DNA of 61,208 bases, filler included, from a candidate division TA06 bacterium SM23_40 (GCA_001303705.1; 5 parts of 5 records of this genome joined end to end with filler, not necessarily neighbours in it); one strand, 5' to 3'. Shown: positions 20,340 to 31,254, numbered from the whole stretch's first letter. The notes: a model not told the origin generated them from the letters alone. Made by a program: numbers and translations.

Positions 20340-21392
20340 ATGTGGGAGCGGGTTATACAGGCAATATCAGACCACCACCGGTTCGTGATTACAACGCATC
20401 TCAATCCGGACGGCGATGCTATAGGCTCGGAACTCGCCCTCGCCGAATTCCTCGCCGATCTGAGCAAAGAAGTGAGGATCATCAATGTCCACCCTGCGCC
20501 GCACAGCTATCAGTTTCTTCCAGGCAGTGACCGCATCCTGCTGTTCGATTCCGACGAGGCGCGGGACTGGCTGAGGCGCGTCGATGCGGCATTCGTTCTC
20601 GACATCAGCACGTGGGCACGGTTGGGTGCTCTTGGTAATCTGCTCACCGAGAGGGCGGTGCCGACTATCTGCATCGATCACCATCCAAGTCCTGACCATG
20701 GACCCGGCTCCGCCGCGGATGTCAGTGCAGAGGGCCCGATACTCGTCGTCGACGTCGGGGCATCTGCGACCGGAGAGCTCGTCTATGACCTGATTATGGG
20801 GGTGAAGGGGACCCTCTCGCCGAGTCAGGCGGAGGCGATCTACGTCGCACTTCTCACGGACACCGGATCATTCCGGTTTCCCAATACCACGGCGCGCACG
20901 CATCGAATCGCTGCTGATCTGGTGGAGATGGGGATCGACCCGGCGCGGATCTACGACTGCATCTACGGGCGGTCGTCGATGCCGAGATTACAGCTTATGG
21001 GCCGGGCCCTCACGTCGATCGAGACGCGATGCGATGGGAAGATCGCCTACGTTGCCGTCACCCAGAGGATGCTCGAGGAGACCGGAGCTCAGCCGGATGA
21101 TACCGAGGGATTGGTCGATCTGGCGCGCCGGGTCGAAGGGGTCGAGATCAGTCTCTGTTTTGTCGAGCAGGGGGATGGGAAGGTCAAGCTCTCTGTGCGC
21201 TCGCCGGGTGTTGTCCGTGTGAATGGGCTTGCCCGGCAGTTCGGGGGCGGGGGACATGCCTATGCGTCGGGCGCCTTGCCTGAGGGCGAGCTCGATGCAG
21301 TGATCGAGGAGGTGATCGGCGAGGCCTGCCGTCTGGTGAGAGAGACGCATTACGAGCGGGAGAGATGTGGGGAAGGAGCCGCCGGAGAGTGA
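20340..21392 (+). CDS. nrnA: DHH/DHHA1 phosphoesterase, NanoRNase A / pAp phosphatase
   Basis: HLNPDGDAIGS, IDHH, TDTGSFRF and GGGHAYASG. Confidence 0.88.
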   Translation: MWERVIQAISDHHRFVITTHLNPDGDAIGSELALAEFLADLSKEVRIINVHPAPHSYQFLPGSDRILLFDSDEARDWLRRVDAAFVLDISTWARLGALGNLLTERAVPTICIDHHPSPDHGPGSAADVSAEGPILVVDVGASATGELVYDLIMGVKGTLSPSQAEAIYVALLTDTGSFRFPNTTARTHRIAADLVEMGIDPARIYDCIYGRSSMPRLQLMGRALTSIETRCDGKIAYVAVTQRMLEETGAQPDDTEGLVDLARRVEGVEISLCFVEQGDGKVKLSVRSPGVVRVNGLARQFGGGGHAYASGALPEGELDAVIEEVIGEACRLVRETHYERERCGEGAAGE

Positions 21393-21489
21393 CCGCCGGG
21401 GGAGGAGCGCGCCGTTGCGAATGTACGAGACGGGCCAGAACGTCATTCTGGCCCGTCTATCATAGGGAAATCGTGCCGGTGTGCAGTCC

Positions 21490-23115
21490 TCATTCCCTCC
21501 CAGGTTCTGTCTCGATCGCCGCCGTGCCGGAATCGCTGAATGAGAGAAACGCGCGGAGCGAGAGATCGAGTTCATCGAACGGCGACCCGAGCGTCGAGAG
21601 CTGGACCCATCCAGACTGCCCCTTCCAGAACTGCCTGCCGGTGGCGGCCGGCGTGTCCTGATCGGCTGAGACGAACGGGCCGTACCCGTTCGCATCGGTC
21701 CACGTCAACACGACATGGAAATCGCCGCTTGTCATCGAGACGTTCGTCCCTACGACGATCCGCTCAGGGGGCGAGCTCGCCTGAATCGTGTACGGTCCGG
21801 CGAGCACGGTATCGGGCAGTCCGGCTGCGTCAGAGTAGATATACATGTCAGCGGAGTTGTACATGTTGTCGTAGTAGTCGATCCAGCAGCCGATCGATTC
21901 GATCGTCGCGGGGTAATGCATCGGTGTTATCCGGGCGGCCACGGCGAAGCCGGTGTCCGATGCAGCGATCGAGTTCTCATATGTGCCGTCGTCATAGTAC
22001 TCCCAGAATACCGTCGCCTCTCCGACCCAGAACGGATTGCCGAACATATCCACCTTGTAAGTCTCGAACGGCGATGCCGGGACGACCCTGCCGAAGGAGA
22101 TCCCCGGCGTATTGAGCGGTGCCGCATTAGGCACCTTCATGCCGATATGTCTCGAATAGAGGCCGGGCCCTGTGTTCTCCATGGCATGGGTGTCGACCAT
22201 CCTAGGCTTGTACCCGGTGCTATCCTTGGCCACCGCACCGATCACGGTAAAGGTCCATTGCAGGCTGTTGATCGTGTTTACATATTCCCACTTCACATCG
22301 AGGTACAGGGAGTCACCGGGCATGTACTCACTCGTATCAGTGCTCACCTCGACCATCCTCAGATAGGCCGTATCAGGGGGATGAAACCAGTTGAGGTATC
22401 GGGCCATCAGCTCGTCGGAATCGAAAGGGGCACGGTCCAGATTGGATTCCAGCCCGCCGAATTCGAAGGAGACGCCGAGTGTGCGCGAGCCGTCAAGACG
22501 GTTGAGGTAGGCGACGCCGTGTGTGGCTCCGTCTTCGACGTTCGTGAACAGGCGGTGGTCATCGTGTGTCGGCGGGTTGTAGGTCTCGAGATGATCCATG
22601 TACTCGTTTTCGCCGACATACGAGAAGAAGAGCGTTTCGGTGAATGTCCCCGCTATCCCTTCGAGGAAGAACAGATCCGCTTCTCCGTCGTCGATCCCGT
22701 TTATGCCGAAACTCGGCCCGAACTCATGGCCTCCGATGAGGGGATCCCAGTACCAGCAATCTCCGCATTCCAGGTACACGCGTCCGCCTACGTCGAGATA
22801 CTCCTCGATCTTGATTGCCTCCGGCGACCACGCAGGCACGATATAGTTGTGTGGATAGATGCCGAGACAGACGAAGAGGCCCTGGAACTCCTCGAGGTTG
22901 AACGGCAGGATGTCGAGAGTGATGAGCCCGCTGCTTCCGTTAGCGACGAGCGCGTCGAGGATCGCCTGACCACTTCCCGGCAGGATGTCCGGTTCCCAGA
23001 TCAGGTACTCGACTTCGGCTGATGGCTGCCGCTCTGGAGCGGGGCCCGTCTCGCACAGCGCTCCCGTCACTGCCGCAAACAACATGACGGCTGAAAAAGC
23101 AGCAATTCCTTTCAT
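21490..23115 (-). CDS. secreted multi-domain hypothetical protein
   Basis: Signal peptide and RBS GGAGGAG; acidic; alpha/beta domain (GGRVYLECGDCWYWD), Ig-like middle and C-terminal beta-sandwich (YDDGTYEN). Confidence 0.75.
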   Translation of the reverse strand: MKGIAAFSAVMLFAAVTGALCETGPAPERQPSAEVEYLIWEPDILPGSGQAILDALVANGSSGLITLDILPFNLEEFQGLFVCLGIYPHNYIVPAWSPEAIKIEEYLDVGGRVYLECGDCWYWDPLIGGHEFGPSFGINGIDDGEADLFFLEGIAGTFTETLFFSYVGENEYMDHLETYNPPTHDDHRLFTNVEDGATHGVAYLNRLDGSRTLGVSFEFGGLESNLDRAPFDSDELMARYLNWFHPPDTAYLRMVEVSTDTSEYMPGDSLYLDVKWEYVNTINSLQWTFTVIGAVAKDSTGYKPRMVDTHAMENTGPGLYSRHIGMKVPNAAPLNTPGISFGRVVPASPFETYKVDMFGNPFWVGEATVFWEYYDDGTYENSIAASDTGFAVAARITPMHYPATIESIGCWIDYYDNMYNSADMYIYSDAAGLPDTVLAGPYTIQASSPPERIVVGTNVSMTSGDFHVVLTWTDANGYGPFVSADQDTPAATGRQFWKGQSGWVQLSTLGSPFDELDLSLRAFLSFSDSGTAAIETEPGRE

Positions 23116-23231
23116 CTATGTTATCTCCTCCTCCGTTACCTCACCCATATCAGCCCGCTCCGCTCGTGCCGAAGCAGCACGTCTAATCCCGGGCGGGATC
23201 TGAGTCTTCCTTCCTGCAGGTGCAGTATGCG

Positions 23232-23260
23232 AGCATACCACAATTTGGTGCCTGTGTCAA
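23232..23260 (-). promoter_or_regulatory. sigma70-type promoter
   Basis: TTGACA-N17-TATGCT on the minus strand, upstream of 23115. Confidence 0.65.
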
Positions 23261-23279
23261 GTGCTTTGGTGTCGTCCGT

Positions 23280-25118
23280 CTAGGGCATCTGTTTCGTAAA
23301 CGCGAAGCTGTCCTCGTCGAGGACGAAACCGGGGTGATTCCCGATGCGTCCGAAATAGGTATACTCGCCCGGCGGGGCGTAGGCAGGGACAGCCTGCGTG
23401 AGGTGCGGTTGCCGCGTCTGCCCCGGGAGCAAGGTCACGGTCACCGGGCCCACGACAGGTCCGTAGGGGTTGCCGTTCGGCAGCTCAACATCCGCCCACG
23501 CCTCGATACTCACTGTGTCGGTCGTGTGATTGGTGAGCGTGGCCACGAACCCGAAGCTCCCGCCCCCGGGCGGGATGACGATGGGGATCGTGTCCGGAGT
23601 AAGCGATACCGTGACGGGAGGGATGGTAGGCACGAGCGCCACGTCAACAGTCGCGGGATTCCCCTCGGTGACGATGATGTTATCGATCGTCTGAGTCTCG
23701 TAGCCGCTCTTGGTGACTTCGAGCGTATAGGTTCCCGGCGTGAGGAGCCACCGATATCGACCGTACAGAGGCTCGCTCGTGCGGGGCGTGACCTCAGGTC
23801 CGTACACCTCGAGCACGCTCACCGTGGCCTCGAGCGGGTCCCCCGTGTAGTAGTCGGCGATCTGTCCTGTGATGCTCGTGCCCCGAACCCGATCGAGCAG
23901 ATAGACGATGCCGGGCCGGATCTTGCTGTACGCCTCGTACAGGTCTTCCCCCGGTATGATGAAGTAGGGATAGGGGAGCGTCTCGACCATGAAGTCGAAA
24001 CAGCCGAGCTCACCATAGTACCAATTGCCGCTCATTCCCGACCATCCTGAGTTCGGTTCCCACGTATAGTGGCTGGTCGAATAGAGGCGCTCCATTCTGA
24101 TCGCCATCTGTTGGGCGATATCCGAAATGGCACCATCGTCCGGCGCGGGTCCATTCAGATCCCAGGGATAGAAGACGAGCTCTCCGTAGCTGTGGTAGGA
24201 GATTGATAGCGACGGTCGGATTGCCTGGGCCAGATCGCGAAGGGCCTGGTTCTCGCTCTCGGAAAAAGGAGATGCGCCCCTGAAGTCATAGTCCCATGGC
24301 TCGCTGCTCCCGCCATAGATCCAGTTGAAATCGTAGTTCCGGTTGAGGTCGATCCCCTCAGTGGGACACGTCCACCAGTTATTGCAGACATACTCGAAGA
24401 GTATCTGGTTGTTATTGATGTCCCGTGCGTTCTTGCGCCAGTAGAGGCTTATGCTATCGGTGACGGCGAAATGGCCGTCTGGATTCATGAGTGGCACAAA
24501 CCAGATCTCTGTGTTATCGATCCAGTCCATCACCTGGGGATTGGAGTGGTAGTCGCCGAGGAGCTCGTTGATGAGGAACATCGAGGCCTCGAGCCCCATC
24601 ACCTCACAGGCATGGTGGACGCCGATATAGAGGACGACGGGCTCGTCTTCGTCGAGCTCGACGTTGTCGGATACTTTCATCGCCCATATAGTCCACCCGA
24701 GCTGGGTGGTCGTTCCGATGCTGTCGAAGGCGGCTATGCCGGGGTAGATCGTGGCGAGAGATTCGAGCTCGGCCACCATCTCCTCATACGAATGGTACTC
24801 AGGGTCGAGCGGGAGACGAGCAGCTTCGATCTCGGCAGGGGAGGCCAGGATGCTGACCTCAAAGCCGGCCGACTCGAGCGCGCTGACCTGATCCTGAGTG
24901 GCGAGGAAGTCGGCCCAGCGGACTCCTGCCTCGCTCGCCAGGATCATCCCCATCGATTCGAGTCTGGGGAGCTCGGAGAGATGATCGATGAGTTCGACGC
25001 GGATCAGCCAACGGTCTTTTTCGCCTCGCTCCGTCGGCCGTGCGTTCGTCCAGGATGTGAGAATCGCCGTTGCCAGAATCGACACGACGATCAGTCTCCA
25101 GATGTTGCATCTGGGCAT
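23280..25118 (-). CDS. secreted M14 zinc carboxypeptidase (carboxypeptidase T-like) with regulatory-like and C-terminal Ig-like domains
   Basis: HHACE (HxxE), NPDG, WRKN, GIDLNRNY, SYHSY and MVE; signal peptide; RBS AAGGGAGG. Confidence 0.92.
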   Translation of the reverse strand: MPRCNIWRLIVVSILATAILTSWTNARPTERGEKDRWLIRVELIDHLSELPRLESMGMILASEAGVRWADFLATQDQVSALESAGFEVSILASPAEIEAARLPLDPEYHSYEEMVAELESLATIYPGIAAFDSIGTTTQLGWTIWAMKVSDNVELDEDEPVVLYIGVHHACEVMGLEASMFLINELLGDYHSNPQVMDWIDNTEIWFVPLMNPDGHFAVTDSISLYWRKNARDINNNQILFEYVCNNWWTCPTEGIDLNRNYDFNWIYGGSSEPWDYDFRGASPFSESENQALRDLAQAIRPSLSISYHSYGELVFYPWDLNGPAPDDGAISDIAQQMAIRMERLYSTSHYTWEPNSGWSGMSGNWYYGELGCFDFMVETLPYPYFIIPGEDLYEAYSKIRPGIVYLLDRVRGTSITGQIADYYTGDPLEATVSVLEVYGPEVTPRTSEPLYGRYRWLLTPGTYTLEVTKSGYETQTIDNIIVTEGNPATVDVALVPTIPPVTVSLTPDTIPIVIPPGGGSFGFVATLTNHTTDTVSIEAWADVELPNGNPYGPVVGPVTVTLLPGQTRQPHLTQAVPAYAPPGEYTYFGRIGNHPGFVLDEDSFAFTKQMP

Positions 25119-25200
25119 CGTCGTTCCTCCCTTTCCGCGGACGGAGAGCGATCCAGCTCTCCACAACCCCGCTCCGGCCGTGGATCATGTATGTGACGGT

Positions 25201-25563
25201 TCAAGATTCCGGTAGCATTCTCGTCAGCCACCAGCAGATCAGAAAGAGCTTCCCGATTATAAGATAAGGGACACCGATCATGAACAGGGCGATGATCTTC
25301 ATCCGTCCAGCGGGTGAGAAGCCGCCGGCGGCGAGAAGGAACGCCCCGATCATGATGACGGCACCGCCGATGCCTTCCCATCGCCAGGCCAGCCCAGAAC
25401 CTCCTATCGGGATGATGAGAAGGAGAAAGATCGGCAGCGCAGGATCACGGAGGCCTACACCGAGGGCGAACAGGAAAGCGGATGCATTCCAGAGTAAGGC
25501 GGAGACGCGTGCCAGCCGGCGGATCCGCCTTGCCAGTGGAGCAGATATCTCGATGCGTGCCAC
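25201..25563 (-). CDS. small membrane protein of unknown function (about 4 TM)
   Basis: Hydrophobic segments and LAWRWEGIGG motif; has its own promoter; GTG start inferred. Confidence 0.6.
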   Translation of the reverse strand: MARIEISAPLARRIRRLARVSALLWNASAFLFALGVGLRDPALPIFLLLIIPIGGSGLAWRWEGIGGAVIMIGAFLLAAGGFSPAGRMKIIALFMIGVPYLIIGKLFLICWWLTRMLPES

Positions 25564-25661
25564 CGTGCCCCCCGAGAGACAGCAACTCCTCAGCGCAGCT
25601 AGCAACGCGGAGGAGCGTATTGTGGATGTCCGTTCGACCGCTTCGCACGCCTCAGCAGTTT

Positions 25662-25690
25662 ATTGTACACCAGCCAGTCCATTCAGTCAA
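25662..25690 (-). promoter_or_regulatory. sigma70-type promoter
   Basis: TTGACT-N17-TACAAT on the minus strand. Confidence 0.6.
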
Positions 25691-25858
25691 GGTGGTTCTC
25701 GAGGCGGATGAACGGCGCACTCTCTGTGCATCGGGCCATGCATCGGGCTGGCGCGCAGGGCGCGGAGAGCCCGGATCGGTTGGGGCGCCGCCGTCCCCCG
25801 AGGAAGAGCACGCCTCGCGGCCCGCGCTCCTCATGGGACTATTGGTGATGAAAAAAGG

Positions 25859-25887
25859 TTGACGCCCCGGCGAACCGTGTATATGGT
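25859..25887 (+). promoter_or_regulatory. sigma70-type promoter upstream of lepB
   Basis: A-tract followed by TTGACG-N17-TATGGT. Confidence 0.55.
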
Positions 25888-26172
25888 TAAAGGGCAGGAA
25901 CTCCCGCGGCCTCTGTTCGTTTCATCAGAGTGAGGGTCGCGGGGCGGTCTGTCTGCGTAATCGGGCAGGCCAATACCAGCGGTGTGTGGAATTCAGGCCA
26001 GGTCCGGGCTGTGAGGTGGATAGACCGTGTGTCGGCTTCGTGGATAGATCGCGTGTCGACTTGATCGAGGGGATCGTCCCTGCTGCAGGAAACCGCGGTC
26101 CGGGACTATTCGCGGAACCCAGTGTGCAAGTCCGCCCGGGAGAGGACGTGGCGAAGCTGAGAGGTTATAGAG

Positions 26173-27060
26173 ATGAGTAAGAGTAGAGACAAGGGCAGGG
26201 ACAGAAAACGTCGGCATGAGGATGAGGCCGCCGACAAGCACAGCCGGCGAGCTGGCGCTGGGAGGCGCTCAATACTGAGGGAGTATGTTCAGTCATTCGC
26301 GATAGCGATATTCCTGGCGCTTCTGATCCGCGGCTTTGTCGTACAGGCATTCAAGATTCCGTCGGGTTCGATGGAACAGACGCTTCTGATCGGCGACTTC
26401 CTGTTAGTCAACAAGTTCCTCTACGGTAGTAACTTTCTGTTCGGACGTGAGAAGATGTTGGCGATTCGGGATCCGGTCCCCGGCGACATTCTTGTCTTTC
26501 GCTATCCCTATGACCCTGACGTGCCTCAGCCGGCACACAACTATAGGCGGATCGTCGGTCCCATCTTTTGGAACAGATCCACAAACTGGTTCCATTTCTA
26601 CTCGCCCCGCGACTATATCAAGCGATGTGTCGCTGTCGAAGATCAGACGATCGAGATACGCGATAAGCAGGTCTATGTCGATGGAGTCTTGGTCGCGTCG
26701 GATCACACTCGTCATGCGGACAGACGCATCATACCCCCATTGGCCGTCGCCGATGACAGCGTCTCCCAGGTTCGTTTCCAGAGGGCCTGGGAATCGGGGG
26801 AGTTCCTCCAGGCCACCTCGATGACGCGCAGTGTTCGCGACAACTTCGGTCCGGTGACGGTTCCGGCCGGGCAGATCTTCGTCATGGGTGATAACCGCGA
26901 CAACTCTCTCGACAGCCGGTTCTGGGGGCCGCTCGACAAGAATCTCGTCAAGGGAAAGGCGATGATCATCTACTGGTCGTGGAATCATCACAGAGTGAGG
27001 CCGTGGTTCGCGATCTGGAACAAACTGCGCTGGAGCAGGATAGGTACCTTGATACACTAA
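26173..27060 (+). CDS. lepB: signal peptidase I
   Basis: FKIPSGSM (Ser), YIKR (Lys) and MGDNRDNSLDSRFWG. Confidence 0.96.
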   Translation: MSKSRDKGRDRKRRHEDEAADKHSRRAGAGRRSILREYVQSFAIAIFLALLIRGFVVQAFKIPSGSMEQTLLIGDFLLVNKFLYGSNFLFGREKMLAIRDPVPGDILVFRYPYDPDVPQPAHNYRRIVGPIFWNRSTNWFHFYSPRDYIKRCVAVEDQTIEIRDKQVYVDGVLVASDHTRHADRRIIPPLAVADDSVSQVRFQRAWESGEFLQATSMTRSVRDNFGPVTVPAGQIFVMGDNRDNSLDSRFWGPLDKNLVKGKAMIIYWSWNHHRVRPWFAIWNKLRWSRIGTLIH

Positions 27061-27194
27061 GATAGACTCCAGGAGGGAGGACCAGGGAGGTGTGACACCT
27101 GGGAATTCTGACCGACAGATAGACCTCGCCGGCATGGTGAGGTCTTTCTTGTGGTTACGGGATTCTCCCGGCAGCGCCGAAGGGGGAAAGATGC

Positions 27195-27223
27195 TTGACA
27201 AAGACCTATGGGTCATGTATATA
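27195..27223 (+). promoter_or_regulatory. sigma70-type promoter of grpE-dnaK-dnaJ
   Basis: TTGACA-N17-TATATA, with inverted repeat GACC-N4-GGTC in the spacer. Confidence 0.55.
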
Positions 27224-27335
27224 GGAGTTGACAAGTCGGATTTAGCGCACGACGGTACTCTTCAGGCGAGAACAGGACCGAGAGGGATGATTGCACCTCT
27301 CGGGCGTGCACCATAAGCCCACGGATCACGGGGAG

Positions 27336-27998
27336 ATGGAGAGAGAGAAAGAGGGGCTCGAGCCCCAACGGGCAGAACCGGAGGATCCCGAATCGGAACG
27401 GAGCGACGTGATCTACGATCTGACCGGGGGGTCGGCGGGGACCGAGGTTGAAGCGAAGAGCGAGAGGGACACGACAGAGGGCGTGGAGTCGGAGATCGAT
27501 CGGTTGCGACGCGAGCGGGATGAGTACTTCGATCAGTATCTTCGCGCCATGGCCGATCTCGAGAATATGAAGAAGCGCGTCGCGCGGGAGCGCGCCGAAT
27601 ACGAGCGGTACGCCACGGAGAATCTGCTGCGCGAGCTGCTCACCGTGGTCGATAACCTCCGACGTGCGATCGATGTAGGACGGGAGTGCCACGATTTTGA
27701 GCCATTCTTCGAGGGTGTTGAGCTGATAAGCCGCCAGGTGCTGGAACTCCTCGAGAAGGAAGATCTACAGCTATTCCATTCCGTTGGCGAGGAGTTCGAT
27801 CCGTCCCGCCACGATGCGATCTACACTGTCGAGAGCGATGAGCATCCCCCTGACACTATCGTCGAGGAGCTGGCCCCAGGCTATCTCATAGGGGAACGAG
27901 TCCTGCGTCCAGCTCAAGTCGTGGTGTCAAAGGCAAAGCAGGAGTCCGTTCCGGACGGGTCCGGGGGCCCGGGGGATGCCGCGGAAGAGAATAGATGA
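27336..27998 (+). CDS. grpE: nucleotide exchange factor GrpE
   Basis: ADLENMKKR, VVDNL, FDPSRHDA and GYLIGERVLRPAQVVV; directly upstream of dnaK. Confidence 0.95.
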   Translation: MEREKEGLEPQRAEPEDPESERSDVIYDLTGGSAGTEVEAKSERDTTEGVESEIDRLRRERDEYFDQYLRAMADLENMKKRVARERAEYERYATENLLRELLTVVDNLRRAIDVGRECHDFEPFFEGVELISRQVLELLEKEDLQLFHSVGEEFDPSRHDAIYTVESDEHPPDTIVEELAPGYLIGERVLRPAQVVVSKAKQESVPDGSGGPGDAAEENR

Positions 27999-28082
27999 CG
28001 CAGCTGATGGGTCGGCGCGACGCGTCGATCCATAGTGAGGTCTGATGAAAGATCTGATTCAGAAGAAGGAGGTAGGGTGACA

Positions 28083-30035
28083 ATGGCGAAAGTGATCGGC
28101 ATCGATCTTGGGACCACCAACTCGTGCGTTGCCGTTGTAGAGGGTGGCGATGCTGTGGTCATTCCCAACCCCGAAGGCGGACGCACAACCGCTTCGATTG
28201 TCGCATACAGTAAATCAGGTGAGCGCCTTGTGGGGCCGCTGGCGAAGCGGCAGGCGATCACGAATCCTGAGAATACGGTCTATTCGATCAAGCGCTTCAT
28301 GGGGCGCAGGATCAATGAGGTGCCGGAGGAGATCGGCCTCGTCTCGTACAGGGTGGAGGCCGCTCCCAACAACGATGTGCGGGTGAAGGTCGGCGATAAA
28401 CACTATTCGCCGCCGGAGATATCGGCCATGCTCCTCCAGTATTTAAAAAAGGCTGCGGAGAGCTACCTGGGCGAGCCGGTCCAGCAGGCCGTGATCACCG
28501 TGCCGGCATACTTCAACGACTCTCAGCGCCAGGCGACAAAGGACGCGGGGAAGATTGCCGGCCTGGAGGTGTTGCGGATCATCAACGAACCGACTGCGGC
28601 AGCCCTCGCCTACGGTCTGGAGAAGAAGACCCAGGAGAAGATTGCGGTCTTCGACCTCGGGGGAGGGACCTTCGACATCTCGGTCCTCGAGATCGGAGAA
28701 GGGGTGTTCGAGGTGCTCGCCACGAACGGTGACACCCACCTGGGAGGGGACAACTTCGATCAGAGGATCATCGACTGGATGGCCGACGAGTTCAAGAAGG
28801 AGCATGGGATTGATCTGAGGAAGGACATGATGGCGCTCCAGCGGCTCAAGGAGGCCGCGGAGAAGGCGAAGTGTGAACTCTCTACGACCATGCAGACGAA
28901 TATCAACCTACCGTTCATCACTGCTGATGCTTCGGGCCCCAAACATCTCGATCTCATGCTGACGAGGGCCAAGCTCGAAGGGTTGGTTGAGGATCTGGTG
29001 GAGCGCACCAAGAGCCCGTGCAAGCAGGCACTGACCGACGCAGGCGTCACTCCCCAGGACATCAAGGAGGTGATCCTCGTTGGCGGGCAGACGAGGATGC
29101 CGAAGGTCTTTGAAACAGTCAGGGAATTCTTCGGCAAGGAGCCACACAAGGGCATCAATCCCGATGAGGTCGTGGCCATGGGTGCCGCGATACAGGGCGC
29201 GGTCCTCGCCGGGGAGGTCAAAGATGTGTTGCTGCTCGATGTCACGCCCCTCTCCCTGGGAATTGAGACCCTGGGTGGAGTGATGACGAGGATCATCGAG
29301 CGGAACACGACGATACCTACCCGCAAGAGTCAGTTATTCACGACAGCGGCGGACAGCCAGCCGGCGGTCTCTGTCCATGTACTCCAGGGTGAGCGCGAAA
29401 TGGCTGCGGACAACAGGACGCTCGGTCGATTCGATCTGGTCGGTATCCCTCCCGCACCGAGAGGGGTTCCGCAGATCGAGGTCACCTTCGATATCGACGC
29501 GAACGGTATAGTCCACGTTTCGGCCAAGGATCTGGGCACGGGAAAGGAACAGCGCATCGAGATCAAGGTCTCCAGCGGGCTGAACGAACACGAGATCGAG
29601 CGGATGGTCCAGGAGGCTCAGGTCCATGCCGCCGAGGACAGGGCGAAGCGGGAGTTGATCGACGTCAAGAATCAGGCCGACACCTTCATCTACACCACGG
29701 AGAAGACGCTGAAGGAGTTCGGGGAGAAGGTGTCGACAGGGGACCGGGCGAACATTGAGAATGCTGTTGCGGAGTTGAAGGAGGCGGCCGGGGGGGACGA
29801 CAAGGGTCGGATCAAGAATGCCATGGAGAAGCTCCAGCAGGCGTCATACAAGCTCTCCGAGGCGATGTATGCGGGCGCCAGTGGATCAGAGGGCGGGCCG
29901 GAGGGAGCGGCCAAGCCGCCTCCCGGCGGTGCACAGGCTCCCGGGGGAAGGGCCGGTGGGCCGACACAGGAGGGTGGCGGGGCGGTCGACGCTGACTTCG
30001 AGGTGATCGAGGAGCAGGACGACGAGAAGCAGTAG
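28083..30035 (+). CDS. dnaK: chaperone DnaK (Hsp70)
   Basis: [25 protein letters not shown] and [11 protein letters not shown]. Confidence 0.99.
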   Translation: MAKVIGIDLGTTNSCVAVVEGGDAVVIPNPEGGRTTASIVAYSKSGERLVGPLAKRQAITNPENTVYSIKRFMGRRINEVPEEIGLVSYRVEAAPNNDVRVKVGDKHYSPPEISAMLLQYLKKAAESYLGEPVQQAVITVPAYFNDSQRQATKDAGKIAGLEVLRIINEPTAAALAYGLEKKTQEKIAVFDLGGGTFDISVLEIGEGVFEVLATNGDTHLGGDNFDQRIIDWMADEFKKEHGIDLRKDMMALQRLKEAAEKAKCELSTTMQTNINLPFITADASGPKHLDLMLTRAKLEGLVEDLVERTKSPCKQALTDAGVTPQDIKEVILVGGQTRMPKVFETVREFFGKEPHKGINPDEVVAMGAAIQGAVLAGEVKDVLLLDVTPLSLGIETLGGVMTRIIERNTTIPTRKSQLFTTAADSQPAVSVHVLQGEREMAADNRTLGRFDLVGIPPAPRGVPQIEVTFDIDANGIVHVSAKDLGTGKEQRIEIKVSSGLNEHEIERMVQEAQVHAAEDRAKRELIDVKNQADTFIYTTEKTLKEFGEKVSTGDRANIENAVAELKEAAGGDDKGRIKNAMEKLQQASYKLSEAMYAGASGSEGGPEGAAKPPPGGAQAPGGRAGGPTQEGGGAVDADFEVIEEQDDEKQ

Positions 30036-30102
30036 CTGAGTGCAGATGCCCGGTTACAGGGACACATTGGTACAGGGCATCCCCAATCTCCAGCAGAGCG
30101 GA

Positions 30103-31254
30103 ATGGCAAAACGGGACTACTATGAGGTCCTGGGCGTCTCGCGCGATGCCGGCGAGGACGATATCAAGCAGGCCTACCGTCGGCTTGCGAAGAAGTATCA
30201 TCCCGATGTCAACCGGGACAACCCCAAGGAAGCCGAAGAGCAGTTCAAAGAGGTCTCCGAGGCGTACGAAGTCCTTATGGACAAGGAGAAACGCCGGGCG
30301 TACGACCAGTACGGTCACGCGGGGGTCTCGGATGCCTTCGGTAAGGGCGGATTCAGCTGGCAGGATTTCTCTCGCTATAGTGATATCGAAGATATCTTCG
30401 GGGGCCTGTTCGGCGGCGGGAGTATCTTCGATATGTTCTTTGGTGGGAGGACGAGTACTCGCCAGCGCCGCGCGGCGACCCGGCAGATGCGCGGTGCCGA
30501 CCTGCGGGTCAGGGTCACGGTGACTCTGGAGGAAGTGGCGAGCGGCGTGGAGAAAAAGATCAGACTCCGTCGGCTGGAGAAATGTTCTGTCTGCGGCGGG
30601 ACCGGGGCCAAGGCTGGATCGGAGGCGAGCATCTGTCCGACATGCAAAGGATCCGGGGAACTGCAGCAGGTATCTCGCTCCGTCTTCGGACAATTCATCA
30701 ATGTCTCGACCTGCCCTCACTGCCGCGGTGAGGGCAGAGTGGTCAGTGATCCCTGCGGGACGTGCGGGGGAGAAGGCCTCGAGCGCCGTGAGGCAACGCT
30801 CGCAGTCAAGGTCCCGCGCGGGGTCGGCACCGGCAACTACATCCCGCTTCGCGGGGAGGGTGATGCGGGGCGGAGGGGAGGGCCGTCGGGTGATGTCATC
30901 GTCCTGATAGAGGAGAGGCAACACCCCCTGTTTGAACGTGATGCAGATGACTTGCACATCGATCTGCCTGTTGCCTTCTCTATCCTGACGCTCGGTGGGA
31001 GGGTGGAGGTCCCGACACTCTCCGGCAGGGCGAAGATGAAGATCCCGGCGGGAACGCAGTCCGGCCGCATCTTTCGCCTCCGGGGGAAAGGGCTTCCCCG
31101 GCTGGGTGGGTACGGGGTGGGCGATCAACTCGTCAGGGTAATGGTCTGGACACCGCAGCGCCCGTCAGGCCCCTTGAAGAAAGAGATCGAGAAGCTGAAG
31201 GAGCTGGAAGAGGGCCAGGTACCGCCTCCAAGCCGCGGCCTGTTCGAAGAGTGA
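30103..31254 (+). CDS. dnaJ: chaperone DnaJ
   Basis: J-domain HPD, G/F-rich region and four CxxCxGxG repeats. Confidence 0.98.
   Translation: MAKRDYYEVLGVSRDAGEDDIKQAYRRLAKKYHPDVNRDNPKEAEEQFKEVSEAYEVLMDKEKRRAYDQYGHAGVSDAFGKGGFSWQDFSRYSDIEDIFGGLFGGGSIFDMFFGGRTSTRQRRAATRQMRGADLRVRVTVTLEEVASGVEKKIRLRRLEKCSVCGGTGAKAGSEASICPTCKGSGELQQVSRSVFGQFINVSTCPHCRGEGRVVSDPCGTCGGEGLERREATLAVKVPRGVGTGNYIPLRGEGDAGRRGGPSGDVIVLIEERQHPLFERDADDLHIDLPVAFSILTLGGRVEVPTLSGRAKMKIPAGTQSGRIFRLRGKGLPRLGGYGVGDQLVRVMVWTPQRPSGPLKKEIEKLKELEEGQVPPPSRGLFEE

Noticed and set aside
27240-27270. TTAGCGCAC resembling a CIRCE half-site
   Set aside because: It is a poor match and has no GAGTGCTAA partner at N9.
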